Shown one piece after another: positions 25,527 to 40,615 of a stretch of DNA of 64,000 bases. The DNA lies in contig OX597820.1 of NCBI GenBank assembly GCA_951406725.2, forward strand, positions 117,118,001 through 117,182,000, in the 5' to 3' direction. Numbering within the stretch: the stretch's first letter is position 1; every line of letters begins with the position of its first letter. Source of the DNA: Octopus vulgaris. Its lineage: Eukaryota. The notes below the pieces were generated by a model. It had not been told where the DNA came from. It ran no database searches and worked only from the letters and a program-made list of their open reading frames with translations. The translations under genes were made by a program, and so were the position numbers.

Positions 25527-25923
25527 TTACTTATGGTTGTACACACAAGGTAAGCAAAAAACACATACATGAATTCACATACGCAAACACATGCCTACAC
25601 ACACACATATTCAAGCATGCATACATACTTATATGTCTATACATACGAATCCTTAATTATCTAACAAGGTACACCACCATTTTGACTGATATAACCCTTT
25701 TATATTCCCCAAAATAGATAATCCAGTGCAATATGTAAATAAAAATATTATACTTAGGCGTAGGGAGAGTCTGAGGGGTAAGAAGATAGAGCCCCAATTA
25801 TATGGTTCCAGGTTCAGTCCTACTCTGTGGCACCTTGCACAAGGGACCTCTGCTATAGCCACAGGCCAGTAAAAGCTTTGTCAGTGGATTTGATTGAAAG
25901 AAAATGAAAGAATCCCATCATGT

Positions 25924-25984
<61 letters not shown>

Positions 25985-26678
25985 TATGTGTGTATTATGT
26001 ATCCATGTATGTATGTATGTATCTGTGTGTGTCTTTGTGTTTGTGTTTGTCCACAGCACTGCTTGACAACCAGTGCTGGTTTGTTTACATCACCCATAAC
26101 TTAGCAGTTCAGCAAAGAGAACCCCAGTATAAGCAGCAGGCTTAAAAAGAAACACAGGGTTGATTCATTCAACTAAAAATTCTTCAAAGGCACTGCTCCA
26201 GCTTGGTCACAGTCATGTATAAAATAAAAGATAAAATATCATACATATGTTTGGAGCATAATATGTAAAAATCATTATGATTTTTTAATTATTAATTCAT
26301 GCATTGGCACTCACTAAACTTGGTAAGTACCAATGCATGGAACTCTAAACTGTTGAGTCAATCTGTAACTTCTGCTGCTTAGTAACAACAAAAATAATAC
26401 ATAGACTCATGGTTTGTGTTTTATTTTTCTTTTATGCCACCAAATCTAGAATTCGTTACACAAAGAGTGCTATGACTGCAATACATGGCTTATAGTAAAA
26501 TGATATATGATAATATAGAAGCACTGGGGTGGGTGTATGGTAAGAAGCGTGCTTACTAACCCCATGGTTCCAGGTTCAGTCCCACTGTATGACACCTTGG
26601 GCAAGTGTCTTTTACTATAGCCTCGGGCTGACTAAAACCATGTCAGTGAATTTGGTAAATGGAAACTGGAAGAAGCCC

Positions 26679-26915
26679 ATTGGCACGTTAAAAGCACCAA
26701 CCGATCGTGGACGATGCCAGACTCCCCTGGCACCTGTGCCGGTGGCACGTAAAAAGCATCCACTACACTCGTGGAGTGGTTGGCATTAGGAAGGGCATCC
26801 AGCTGTAGAAACACTGCCAGATCAGACTGGAGCCTGATGCAGCCCCTGGCTCCCCAGACCCCGGTCGAACCGTCCAACCCATGCTAGCACAGAAAACGGA
26901 CGTTAAACGATGATG
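26679..26915 (+). mobile_element. SINE family C
   Basis: Family motif and (GAT)n tail. Confidence 0.75.
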
Positions 26916-27246
26916 ATATATATATATACTTGTGGCACACTGTCGGTTACAACGACAAGGGTTCCAGTTGATCCGTTCAATAGAACAGCCTGCTCGTGAA
27001 ATTAACATGCAAGTGACTGAGTAAGGCTGGCTCTTTGAAATACGGGTACAACAGAAACAGGAAGAAAGAGTGACAGAAAGTTGTGGTGAAAGAGTACAGC
27101 AGGGTTTGCTACGACAATCTGCTAGAGCCTCGTGAAGCTTTAGGTGTTTTCACTCAATAAACACACACAACGCCCAGTCTGGGAATCGAAACCACAGTCC
27201 TACAACCGTGAGTCTGCTGCCCTATTCACTGGGCAATTGTGCCTCC

Positions 27247-27288
<42 letters not shown>

Positions 27289-27370
27289 TATGAGGGAATA
27301 TTATTCCAAACTTACAGGGAAAAATTCAATTTAGAAATACTAAATCAAATTTCACAAAATATAATATACA

Positions 27371-27614
27371 TATATAAATTAGAAAAAAAACACCTTTTAT
27401 CAATTCAAAATGAAAAATTAAATTACACCATCTAGAAAATTACATATAATAGAAAGATTAAATATGCGTCGTTATTCTACCAAATATATACGTTTTATTT
27501 ATTATTTTGCCCATTACTTAATTATCGTTATATTTTTTATCTTATATATATGTAATTTTCTAGATTGTGTAATTTAATTTTTCATTTTGATTTGATAAAA
27601 GGTACTTTTTTCTA

Positions 27615-27623
<9 letters not shown>
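27371..27623. repeat. (TA)n-flanked cassette with ~85-bp imperfect inverted arms
   Basis: TATAAATTAGAAAAAA...CTAGAAAATTACATATA versus TATATGTAATTTTCTAG...TTTTTTCTAATTTATA. Confidence 0.7.
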
Positions 27624-27658
<35 letters not shown>

Positions 27659-27660
27659 GA

Positions 27661-27741
<81 letters not shown>

Positions 27742-27837
27742 GTGTAGGAAGAAATGGAGCTGAACGAAGATTTAACAAAATTCCTTTTTATTATTTTCTA
27801 CATATGTTTCAAAAGATAATTCATTTATCCATTTCAA

Positions 27838-27893
<56 letters not shown>

Positions 27894-28445
27894 GATATAT
27901 AGAAAAATACAAACTGTGACAAGAACGCATAACACTTAGAAGACGATACAACAAACACAGACAGGACATTCGAAGCCCTCAGTCTTCAGTCAAGAACCGG
28001 ATCATCGTAGTAATTTCGGCTGATTAATCTTGAGATTACTAGATCCGGCCAGCCCCCCAGGAAAAACTGAGCAACGAGCATTAGAAAAACTAAGCTAGGA
28101 GCGTAGATTTCCTGGAAGAAGGATCGAATGCATACGAACACAGGGACAGCAAAACGGACGATGCCACACGAATATAAAAAACAAAAAAACAATAATGAAA
28201 TACAAAAACATGAAATACAAAAGCAATAATGGTAAAAACAGCAGGTGTCTTACGACTAATAACAGTGCAAACAAGTTTGGCTGGCGTATTTTGGAAAAAT
28301 TGCCTTAACGGTGAACAAGGACAACGATGTTGTCACGGCGCTGGTCAGAGGCCGAAAGGCGGATTTTGGCCAGCAGTCACGTGACGGAGAAGAGAGAAAA
28401 GAAAAGAAAGGAAAGGAGGCAAAGGAAGGAAGAGAGAGAGAGTGA

Positions 28446-28838
28446 TACCTGTGCCGGTGGTACATAAAAAGCACCATCCAAACGTGGCTGATGCCAGCGC
28501 CGCCTCAACTGGCTTCTGTGCCGGTGACACATAAAAAGCACTATCCGAACGTGGCCGATGCCAGCGCTGCCTTGGCTGGCTTCCGTGCCGGTGGCACATT
28601 AAAAGCACCAACCAATCGTGGACGATGCCAGACTCCCTGGCACCTGTGCCGGTGGCACGTATAAAGCACCCACTACACTTGCGGAATGGTTGGCATTAGG
28701 AAGGGCATCCAGCTGTAGAAACACTGCCAGATCAGACTGGAGCCTGGCGCAGCCCCTGGCTTCCCAGACCCTGGTCGAACCGTCCAACCTGTGCTAGCGC
28801 GGAAAACCGACATTAAACGATGATGATGATGATGATGA
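28446..28838 (+). mobile_element. SINE family C with internal ~68-bp tandem units
   Basis: Repeated GTGCCGGTGGCAC.TAAAAAGCACC units; same structure at 56976-57363. Confidence 0.75.
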
Positions 28839-29323
28839 AATATGTATGTATTTGTGCATCTGAGTTTGTCCCACCACCATTGCTTGATGGCTGATGTTGA
28901 TATGTTTAAGTCCCCATAACCTAATGGTCCAGCAAAAGAGAGTAATAGAATAAATTCGGAGCTTACAAAGAATAAGTCCTGGGGTTGATTTGTTCAATTA
29001 AAGGCAGTGCTCCAGCATGGCCACAGTCAAATTACTGAAACAAGTAAAAGAATAAAAGAATGAGTAGGGATTAATCTTACCTTGTCAAAGAAATAAGGAA
29101 TGGACAGAAATTCATTTATAAATGTCTGTGCGTTTATTTAGGAAAATGATGCAGGAGTGGCCGTGGGGTAAGAAGCTTGCTTCCCAACCACATGGTTCCG
29201 GGTTCAGTCCCACTGTGTGGCAACTTGGGCATGTGTCTTCTACTGTAGCCTCGGGCCAACCAAAGCCTTGTGAGTGAATTTGATAGACGGAAACTGAAAG
29301 AAGCCCGTCATGTGTGTGTGTAT

Positions 29324-29324
<1 letters not shown>

Positions 29325-29375
<51 letters not shown>

Positions 29376-29409
29376 GTAAGTAGATAGATAGATAGATAGA
29401 GAGATAGAG

Positions 29410-29467
<58 letters not shown>

Positions 29468-29472
29468 GTAAG

Positions 29473-29511
<39 letters not shown>

Positions 29512-29553
29512 GTAAGTAGATAGATAGATAGATAGAGAGATAGAGAGATAGAG

Positions 29554-29586
<33 letters not shown>

Positions 29587-29592
29587 TAGATA
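29325..29592. repeat. (GATA)n microsatellite
   Basis: Directly visible. Confidence 0.95.
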
Positions 29593-30535
29593 TCTGAGAC
29601 TCCCTTCAGTCACGACAGACCATGGGATTGCACCTAGAAAGTTACCCTCCCAGGCACAAGTCCGGGCAAAGTCTACAGTAGGGGACACTTGCTCAAGGTG
29701 CCACTCAGTTGAACTGAACCTGGAACCATATGGTTTGAAAGCAAGCTTCTTACCACACAGCTACACTTTGTATTTGGAGCATACTGTATAGAATTTATTA
29801 TACCAAGAGTTGTAGACTTCCAAATCAACCATCAGCACACATATTCATGTAAGAATATGGATTAGGCTTATCTTAAACTTGGACCCTAGTTTCACCAGAA
29901 AGATCACAAGAAACGTGTTGAATTTAGCTTCTAAGTATATTGACATTCATTGGAAAAATACCAGGGAGTTATAGTAAGAAATTCACAACATGGAAAAGCT
30001 ATCAATTTATGAAAATGTTCTCAGCTATCTCTGTGTCATGGGATATTGGAAGATACGAAATCATCTGATGCGAAAAAGCTTCTAATTCATATCATGGTTA
30101 ACGAGAAGCTTCTAAAATCGTCTCATATCTTTGCATAGATTTCAGCACAGAGAAAACGGCTCGGAATCAAATTGAAAACAGAATCAAATTTAAATTCAAA
30201 TCTAGATGGGAAATTTCTTTTTCGGATGTTGATTTGTGATTCTACAACATGTTTGAGTGTATTGGTTGGCATCAGGTGCAAGTATGTCTTTCACCATTGC
30301 GTCGAGTTAGCTTAAATGTTGCAAATGAAATTTTGTAGGAAGAAAAAGAAAACAAAACAAACTGCTTGGATTCTTGTATTGCGTCACACCGACTCAACCT
30401 GAGAATTTTGGAAAAATTTTCGAATGGTACACATGCTAGTGGAATATTCAGCTACTTATGGGTTGATTCAATGAGTGAGCTGTTCCATTAGGATGATCAG
30501 TTGGAGCAGTTACGGTCAAAAGCAACAGAGATCCC

Positions 30536-30594
<59 letters not shown>

Positions 30595-30868
30595 TGTGTG
30601 TGAATGTGTGTGTGTGTGAATGTGTGTGTGTATATAACGATACATATATATATACATATATATGTATATATATGTATATATATGTGTATATACACACACA
30701 TATATATATATATATACATACATACATACATATATATACATGTACACAGAAACACATACATATGCACAACATATATGTATATTTGCAAATATATACATAT
30801 ATATATATACATGCATTTATATATATATGTATATATACATATATACATATACATATACATATATATAT

Positions 30869-30915
<47 letters not shown>

Positions 30916-30992
30916 GATACATACATTTATATATATATATATGTGCATGCATGCATATATATATGTTTATTTATTTATATACACACACATAT
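30536..30992. repeat. (TG)n/(TA)n/(TACA)n microsatellite
   Basis: Directly visible. Confidence 0.95.
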
Positions 30993-31075
30993 ATTTTGCT
31001 TTCTTTCTCTTTCTGACTCTCTGAAAGAGAGCACAGACATGTGTATTCATGCATGTGTGTGTGCGTGCGTGTGTG

Positions 31076-31110
<35 letters not shown>

Positions 31111-31604
31111 ACGTGCTTGCCTGTTTTCAGTGTTTTTGTGTGTTTGTGTTGTTGTCTGAGTGGATATTTTAAATTGCAGGAAACTATTATTATTAATTAA
31201 CGAGGAAAGTAATCGCGTCCCCAGTTAATTTCCTTCACATCCTCTCGCAGATTGTTTGGTTAGATACATTAATAGTGGGGTACGGGTAGGTTGGGGGGGG
31301 TGTAGGTAGGTGGGTGGTTAAGCATGGTAGGTGGGGTGGTGGGATGGTGGGGTGGTGGGGTGGTGGGGTGGTGGGGTGGAGGGGAGTAGGTGTTATGTAA
31401 ATACGACATAAACCAAGAAAGGAAAAAGTAAATATGATGGCAATCCAGATAAAATGGAAAGGCTCAGCTAGAAACCGAGTTTCGTTTGTTTGTTTTTTTT
31501 TATTTGTTTTAATTTATCTATTTTATTTATTTTAAGTATTTATTTATTTATTTAATTTAGTTATTTTTGCTTTCAATTGTGATTTCATCAATGTTGGTAC
31601 TGTG

Positions 31605-31679
31605 TGATGATGATGATGATGATGATGAAGATGATGATGATGATGATGATGTTGATGATGATGATGATGTTGATGATGG

Positions 31680-31741
<62 letters not shown>

Positions 31742-32355
31742 GTGATGATGATGGTGATGATGATGATGATGAGGAGGAGGAGGAGGAGAGTGTTAATGAT
31801 AATCAGGATGGTAAAGGGGAGGAGGAGAAGAAGGAAGAAGAGAAGGTGAAGGTGAGGAAGATTATGAATGAAGATAATGGTGGTGGCATTGTTGGTGGTG
31901 ATGAAAATGTTGTTGCTGGTGTTGACAATGATGAGGATGATGCTGATGATGACAAGAGTGAGGGGTGGGTTTGATGTTGTTGTTGGAGATGTCAGTTGTG
32001 ACCCGGGTTGTGATGAGACTAACATGATAAGGATCAAAATCAGGTCCATTATTTTAACAGGATGAAAACGATTATCATCATCACCATCAGCAACACCACC
32101 ACCATCATTTCAGCATCATATTCATCATCATTATCATCACCATCATCACCACCACCACCACCAATGACAACAATAACAACAACAACAACAACAATAACAT
32201 CGTCATCATCATCATCATCATCAATATCATGGTTACCACAATCATGAAGGTTGTATCAATTGTACTGATGATGATGATGATGATGATGATAATGACGATG
32301 ATGATGACGATGACGATGATGACGACGATGATGATGATGATGATGATGATGATGT
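31605..32355. repeat. (GAT)n/(CAT)n trinucleotide tracts
   Basis: Directly visible. Confidence 0.85.
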
Positions 32356-33058
32356 ATTAGTTTCTCTATATTCATTTGTGTTTTTGTTGTTGTTGTTTAG
32401 CCCCAGGTCAGCTCTGGTCAAGCAGATTTAGGCTCAGTAGTATTCCAGCAATGACCATCCCTTCTTATATTTCAGGCAATCTATCCAGAACCACATTAAT
32501 CAGTTGTGTCTTTCTTTTTTCATTACAGTGTAGAATGGTTTGAGAGCAATTTGACTATCATTTCAAGCAAATCAATTACTCTGTCAAACGTAATGCTCCT
32601 TTATCCATGTTGTTTTCAATTAATCCTGGATTATCTCATAGCTTTGAGATTTTGATGATGTGATTATTTATTTTCCAAATGACATTGTAGGATAGCCGTG
32701 AGAAGCCAGATCTGGCCATATGGCTGGTTTAAATGTTAAAGGGTTATACTTGAAGAACTGGTGTTTGACTAGAAACCACTTTCAAATAAAGGGGTCAAGA
32801 AGGTGTTAGATGCCAAGAATAAATGTTGTGTATTAAGGGAATGATTCATAACACTTGGCCAAATGTTACACTTAACGACTGCGTGGTTAAGAGGTTTGCT
32901 CCCCAAATCACATGGTTCCAGGTTCAGTCCCAATAGGTGACACTTTGAGCAAGTTCCTTTTATTATAGCCACAGGCCAACCAAAGACTTGTAAGTGGATT
33001 TGGTAAACAGAAACTGAAAGAAGCCGATTGTATGCATACATACACACACATATTAATA

Positions 33059-33117
<59 letters not shown>

Positions 33118-33273
33118 GAAATATGTTTCAAAAAGAAAATAGAAACTACATCTGGAAAAGATATGGGGGAAGTAAGAAGAAAAAAAGCAAATCTGCACAT
33201 TGAATATCAAAAAAATAAGGGGTTTTTTAATGAAAAGTAGCAATAAATAAATACAATTAGATGAACTGATGTA

Positions 33274-33755
33274 CATCATCATCATCGTTCGACCGTGGTC
33301 GAGACAATGGAATTTACCATGCTACGCCAGACTTCACGGTCCATCATGGCACTACGGAGGTTCTGTTGCTGGATGCCTGTATCTATGCCTGTATCTACAT
33401 CAGGGTAGGAGAGTGTGCGCCCTCTGGTATCGCGAACAGATGGCTTCCAAAGGAGAAGAGTAGAAATTACCTCTTTTTCAGCTCTACAACAATGTCCAGC
33501 AAACTGGACTCTCCTACCTTTCACAAGAGATGACACAGGTGGTAGTTTCCCATATATTTGCATTTTGGTTGGATGACCCTTCCACGAGAGATTTTGAGCT
33601 CTCATAAGGAGGCGAGTGTAAGTTCCATCCAACTGCCACTCAAGCTTCTTTGATAATGTCCAGGTTTCTGAGCCATATAGTAGAATTGGTTCGACTGTGG
33701 CTTTGAATATTTCAAGTTTGAAGTCTCTACTTAGATTTGATGACCAGATCTTATG
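33274..33755 (-). mobile_element. RTE-clade LINE 3' fragment
   Basis: Same family as 822-1153; extends upstream to an LLYGSETWT motif. Confidence 0.8.
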
Positions 33756-33974
33756 TACAATTAAGATCTGATGTACAATTAAGAGGAATTAAATTCATTA
33801 TTTTGAATAGTTAAAGAGATTCAAAGTCAAACCGGTATTGTCCTTGCTGTTCACTGGCTTTGAATATATATATATGAATTCTATAATTATAAGCATAATT
33901 ATAATTAAGGTTCAGCAAAACTCCGACGTAGGGTTCATTGAAACTCCGACGTCTGGCAGCTGACTTGGCAGACA

Positions 33975-34376
33975 CCCATAAAATTATTAACCATCTTACA
34001 AACAATAACTCTGAGCACCTTTTCTAACTTCACATGTCTAACACCCGTGGACATGCTTACAAAGTCAGAAAACAGCACAGCTCCCATGACTTTTGGAAAC
34101 ATTTTTTCACGCCAAGAGTTGCTGAAGCATGGAACAGACTGCCAGCATCAGTTGTTAGTTGTTGAAGCACTGCATCCTTCAAAACTTCCATGCTTCCTGA
34201 GATTCGCCAACACTACACCTGATTTCCTCCCCTCCATACACATGCAAGCATGTATCTGACTCATACACTGTTCGCTTTCCAGACATTTGTACATTACTGC
34301 ATATACTTTACACACACTTTTTGACAAGTTGTGGTGCACCTGAGCACTGTATACAATAATTTCATTATTATCATTA
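33975..34376 (+). mobile_element. CR1/L2-type LINE 3' fragment
   Basis: HAYKVRKQ...KHFFTPRVAEAWNRLPASVV...ASFK matches the CR1 C-terminal FFxxRVxxxWNxLP motif; (ATT)n tail. Confidence 0.7.
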
Positions 34377-34510
34377 ACATTTGCTGAACCCTAATTATAA
34401 TTATGCTTATAATTATAAAATTTTTGTATAAGGTTACCGATAATGGTTCTTTTAACATACCGAACTACATGGTAAAATTATTAATTATTAATTGATTAAT
34501 TAATTTTACC

Positions 34511-34580
<70 letters not shown>

Positions 34581-36684
34581 TATATATATGTGTATGTATG
34601 TATGTATGTATGTATATATTATGTGTTTGGTGGTGGTGGTGGTGGTGGGGCTTGTTGTGCCACCTTGGCTTAACTTCATGTGATAGTTTTAAATGAATGT
34701 TATTGTCATGCCAGCTGTGTCCTTCATTTCCTGCCTTCTGTGAAAGCAATGTCTGGCCAAGGGGAAATACTGTCATACTTGGAAACAGAAGGTTGGCAAG
34801 GGCATCCAAGCATAAGGAAATTTGCAGTAAATAAGCTCCATCCAATCCCTGCTAGCAAAAGAAAGTGGACAATAAATGATATCATCATCATCATCATCAT
34901 CATCGTTTAACGTCCGCTTTCCATGCTGGCATGGGTTGGATGGTTTGACTGAGGACTGGCAAGCCAGAAGGCTGCACCAGGCTCCAATCTGATCTGGCAA
35001 GGTTTCTACAACTGGATGCCCTTCGTAATGCCAACCACTCTGAGAGTTTAATGGGTGCTTTTACGTTCCCCCGGCACAGGAGGCCAGTCAGGGCAGCACT
35101 GGCATTGATCCATGCATGAATGGTGCTTATTATGTGCCACCAGCATGGCTGCCAGTCAGGTGGCACTGGAATCGACCACAGCTACAATTTCCATTTTTGA
35201 TTGTGATTTGATTTTTGATTTTACTCGACTCAATAGGTCTTCTCAAACACAGTATTTTGCCCGATCATTCAAGGATACTTTTAAATGGGCTGGTTATGCA
35301 ACACTGGCATCAGCCATGGCTGTGATCTCACTTTACTTGCCAGGTCATTGGCCACGATTTGGTTTCACTTGACTCAACAGGTATTCTCAAGCACAGCATA
35401 TTGCCCGACGATTCAAAGGTACTTTAAATGGGTTAGTTATGTGACACTGGTATCAGCCGTGGCTGTGATCTCACTTTACTTGCCATGCAACATCTTTATC
35501 CTGCATTGTATGGACTCTTAAAAAGAGGAGCATGGACAACCCGTATATAAATTGGAACAACATAACTAAGTCCAACAAAAAAATAAAGAGACAACAAAGG
35601 CTAAAGGTAGCAGATGCAACTTCTGTATCACAGAAAACTTAAACATCTTAACATCGTGAGTGAACATTTTAAATATTCAGGAAGAAACCTTCTCCCCTAG
35701 ACTACTTTGGAATTTCAAGCATGATGCTTCCACCCACCTTTCCACCCATCCAGCCTTCATAAAGTTTTGGATATTGGCTATATGCACACCATGTATTACA
35801 GACATATACTCAATGCAAATCAGGGCAGAATTCTAAGCTGCATAGATGTGTATAACATACACATAACACATTTTCATAAATCACACAATTCACAAAATAC
35901 TTTATTTCAACTTCCAAATAATTTTATGAACTTAGAACTTCATGGACTAATTTACATAATTGATATGATGCTCATACTCAAACATCAACTAAATAGCAAT
36001 TAAGAAATTCCTATAAGTCACCTCCCCTGATCTCTGTATTCATTTTGAATTCCTGTATATTCTTGTCTATTCTCATCCAAAATGAAGGCAATTATGGTGT
36101 TCTGAAGGGGATTGCTTGAAGATTGTGGAAATCCTTCTGCATGAAACCATTGGTAGTATTGTTCATTCACAAATAAAGGATATTTATCATTCTCACTGTT
36201 TGGTACTATAGCATGAGTGTGTGTGTGTGTGTGTCGGTCTGTCTGTCTGTCTGTCTGTGTGCCTGTGTGTTTGTGTGTGAGTATGTAAATCTCCATTAAT
36301 TCACTAAAAGTAATAAATTACCGGACTCAATACACGAGTGTAAAGTATTCTTTGATATGTTATAATTTTAAAGCTCCTAATTCCAATACTCTGAGTTACC
36401 CTGCTTTTCTGTCTTTCAGCTGGTAACCCAAGCCTGTTTTTCATTTTTAAAAATCTGTTTTAATATATTTTAAAAATATTATATGAAAGCATTGAAGAAA
36501 ATGCTTATCTTTTGGCTCTTAAAAAAGATAAAATGAAAATACAAGCAACAAACGCAGAAATGGCTGCTTCTGTCTCACATTTTACATTTTATTTCTGGCT
36601 GTTGTGGGAATATTCCAAACATCTTAAATTTCATACGAGTGAGGTTTCTCTAATAACTTCCTACATGAAATTGCTTTGTGTTCA

Positions 36685-37070
36685 CAGGAGTGGCTGTGTG
36701 GTAAGTAGCTTGCTAACCAACCACATGGTTCCGGGTTCAGTCCTGCTGCGTGGCATCTTGGGCAAGTGTCTTCTGCTATAGCCCCGGGCCGACCAAAGCC
36801 TTGTGAGTGGATTTGGTAGACGGAAACTGAAAGAAGTCTGTCGTATATATGTATATATATATGTGTGTATGTGTTTGTCCCCCTAGCATTGCTTGACAAC
36901 CGATGCTGGTGTGTTTACGTCCCCATCACTTGGCGGTTCGGCAAAAGAGACCGATAGAATAAGTACTGGTCTTACAAAGAATAAGTCCTGGGGTCGATTT
37001 ACTCAACTAAAGGCGGTGCTCCAGCATGGCCACAGTCAAATGACTGAAACAAGTAAAAGAGTAAAAGAGT
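36685..37070 (+). mobile_element. SINE family B
   Basis: Matches other B copies. Confidence 0.85.
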
Positions 37071-37576
37071 ATATATATACATATATTACATATACATCAT
37101 CATCATCATCATCATTGTCGTTTACCATCCACTTTCCATGCTGACATGGGTTGGACGGTTTGACTGAGGACTGGTGAGCCAGAAGGTTTCACCAGGCTCC
37201 AGTCTTGATCTGGCAAAGTTTCTACAGCTGGATGCCCTTCCTAACGCCAACCACTCTGAGAGTGTAGTGGGTGCTTTTTACATACCACTGGCACGAGAGC
37301 CAGTCAGGTAGTTCTGGCAATGACCACGCTCATGCTCAAAAGGTGTTTTTACATGCTACTTGCATAAGAACCAGTTTGGCGGCACTGGCAACAGCCACAC
37401 TCGAATGTTGTTTTTCACTTGCTACCAGCACATGTACAGGTAAGGCAACTCTGGCAACGATCATGCTAGAATGGTGCTTTTTATGTGCCACCTGTACGGG
37501 AGTCAATCCATGGCCCTGGTAACGATTATGCTGAGATGTACTTTTGACGTTCCACTGGCACTCGTGCCAATCAGGT

Positions 37577-37810
37577 AAGGCGGCGAGCTGGCAGAATCGT
37601 TAGCACGTTAGTCAAAATACTTAGCGGTATTTCGTCTGCCATTACGTTGTGGGTTCAAATTCTGCCGAGGTCAACTTTGCCTTTCATCCTTTCGGGGTCG
37701 ATAAATTAAGTACCAGTTACGCACTGGGGTCGATGTAATCGACTTAATACCCATGTCTGTCCTTGTTTGTCCCCTCTGTGTTTAGCCCCTTGTGGGTAAT
37801 AAAGAAACAG
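37577..37810 (+). mobile_element. SINE family A, full-length monomer
   Basis: GGCGGCGAGCTGGCAGAATCGTTAGC head, B box, and AATAAAGAAA tail. Confidence 0.85.
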
Positions 37811-38295
37811 GTACTGTCATAGGCCATGTCAGCGATTTTGATTTGATTTCACTTGCCTCAGTAGGTTTTCGTAAGCAAAATTTATTGTCCAATGAATGAA
37901 GGGTACTCTATAATTATTGTATGGAAATTAATTAAAATATGTTAACCTGAGTTTCAGATAAACTCCAGTGGAAGTTTGTCTAGAATTGGATCAAATCTAT
38001 ACTACACCTGAGTCTAAAATTGACAGACATATCTTAACATCTTGACCTGAGATCAGGTACACAACAGACACACTTGCATGCACACACGCATGCACACACA
38101 CACACACACACACACACCCACACACACTTATTATTTAATGCATCTTTCTTTTTAAAGATAGTACATTTTAATCTGAGGAAGATTTGGCTGCAATATCTAG
38201 CAAGAGGCTGATGAAATGCTAGACATAGCAACAAATATGCTGTTTTTACTTATATATTCACTTTGTTTTGCAGCTCTGCTTTCTTCAGTGCTTCG

Positions 38296-38297
<2 letters not shown>

Positions 38298-38330
<33 letters not shown>

Positions 38331-38335
38331 CCATC

Positions 38336-38369
<34 letters not shown>

Positions 38370-38715
38370 TCATCATTACCACCACCACCACCACCACCAC
38401 CACCACCACCACCACCATCACCATCATCATCATCATCATCATTATTTATTGCCTTTGCACAACTTCTAACGCTGGAGATGTACTACAGTGTCTACTGTTC
38501 CCTAATCGTGAACTAAGGTAACACCTCTTATTTTTCGGGCACCTTCCGGAGTATTCGAGCGGTTCCAAGCAGTGCTATTTTCTGCAAGTGCTCTACCCTT
38601 ATTGCAGCCCCTATTTGTTCCACGTACTTCTCGAGATTTTTGCTCACTGTTCCCATGATTCCGACAATTATTGGCACTTCTACCACCTTTTTCATGGACA
38701 TTATTATTATTATTA

Positions 38716-38801
<86 letters not shown>

Positions 38802-38827
38802 TTTTATTATTATTATTATTATTATTA

Positions 38828-38882
<55 letters not shown>

Positions 38883-39218
38883 GTTGTTATTATTATTTTT
38901 ATTATTATTATTATTATTTTTATTATTATCGTTATTATTATTTTAATTATTATTATTATTATTTTTATTTTTATCATTATTGTTATTATTATATTTATTA
39001 TTATTATTATCATTATTATTACTTTTATTATTACAGAATTTTTAGCACACTGGATGAAATGCTTAGCCTTTCATTCTTTCGGGGTCAATAAATTACATAC
39101 CAGTGAAACACTGGGGTTGATGTAATTGCTTAGTCCCCTCCCCACAAAAAGTCAGGCCTTGTGCCTTCAGTAGAAAAGATTATTGTCATTATAATGATGG
39201 TGATGGTGATGATGATGG

Positions 39219-39267
<49 letters not shown>

Positions 39268-39424
39268 CGTGATTGGTGGTGATGGTGGTGGTGATGATGG
39301 TGATTGGTGGTGATGGTGGTGGTGGTGGTGATGATCATGATGATGATGATGATCGTAATGATGATGATGATGATCATGATCATGATGAGCATGGTCATGA
39401 TGATGATGATGATGATGATGATCG

Positions 39425-39469
<45 letters not shown>

Positions 39470-39525
39470 GGATGATGATGATGATGATGATCGTGATGAT
39501 GATGATGATGATGATGATTATGGTG

Positions 39526-39557
<32 letters not shown>

Positions 39558-39564
39558 GATGATG

Positions 39565-39598
<34 letters not shown>

Positions 39599-39655
39599 CG
39601 TGATTATGGTGGTGGTGGTGATGATGATCGTGATGATGATGATGATGATGAGGAT
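38298..39655. repeat. (CAT/CAC)n, (TTA)n and (GAT)n tracts
   Basis: Directly visible at about 38298-38445, 38700-39035 and 39190-39655. Confidence 0.9.
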
Positions 39656-40047
39656 AATTGTGATTCTGAAGAAAACGATCATGACTCCGATGAAGATGGC
39701 GATGGCGCTGAGGCCACTTAATATGGAAATTTGTTACAAGTGGTAGGTAGTTTCTGCTACCTTGGGTGTGGGACAGCAGCTAATTAGAACTACAATTAGA
39801 ACTTCTAATTAGAACTATTATAGTTGTCTTAATGATACTATGGTACGGCAATGGCAAACCATTTTTAACCTTGCATACCAAAATTTTAATTTTTCTCTGA
39901 TAAGCCTATTACTGGAGCATCACTGACACACACACACACACACACATAAATATATATATATACACACACACACCTACTCCTCATACACATGTACTTTAGT
40001 TTTAAGTAATTGGTTATAGAATAAGCAACTTAACGATGATTACTAAT

Positions 40048-40098
<51 letters not shown>

Positions 40099-40343
40099 GT
40101 TGTCGTTTAACATCTGCTTTCCATGCCGGCATGGGTTGGACAGTTTGACTGGGGTCTGGGAAGTCAGGAGGCTGCACCATGTTCCAGTCTGATCAGATTG
40201 GGACCTGGTGCAGCCTCCTGGCTTCCCAGACCCCTGTCAAACTGTCCAACACATGCCGGCATGTAAAGCGGGCATTAAACGATGATGATGATGAATACTT
40301 TTAACCTCTATTTTTAGCTATGCAAGTACTCATGTAGTACCCT

Positions 40344-40394
<51 letters not shown>

Positions 40395-40615
40395 TCAATA
40401 TAGGGTGGCAAAAAAATTTTGTAGAATTCTTTTGCCACCAGCGCCTAGTAGGAAAAAATTAAAATAGTCATAGACCATTTTTAAGTTCAACATCAACAAT
40501 AAAGGAACGGCCATAATAGGCCATTCACCCACTAGAAATAACAGCCAAAGCTTCAACCGCAAATAAAAGTTAATTCAGTAAACCAGGAGAAAATTTTAAA
40601 AACATTTACCCTGTA

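Noticed and set aside
27895-28440. (TA)n-adjacent block with minus-strand CTGAAGA and GGCTG...CAGCC-GAAA
   Set aside because: The motifs do not assemble into a valid hammerhead (core and stem I/III missing); possibly a PLE remnant but unsupported
31276-31390. G-rich (GGGGTGGT)n tract with G-quadruplex potential
   Set aside because: Simple repeat with no functional context
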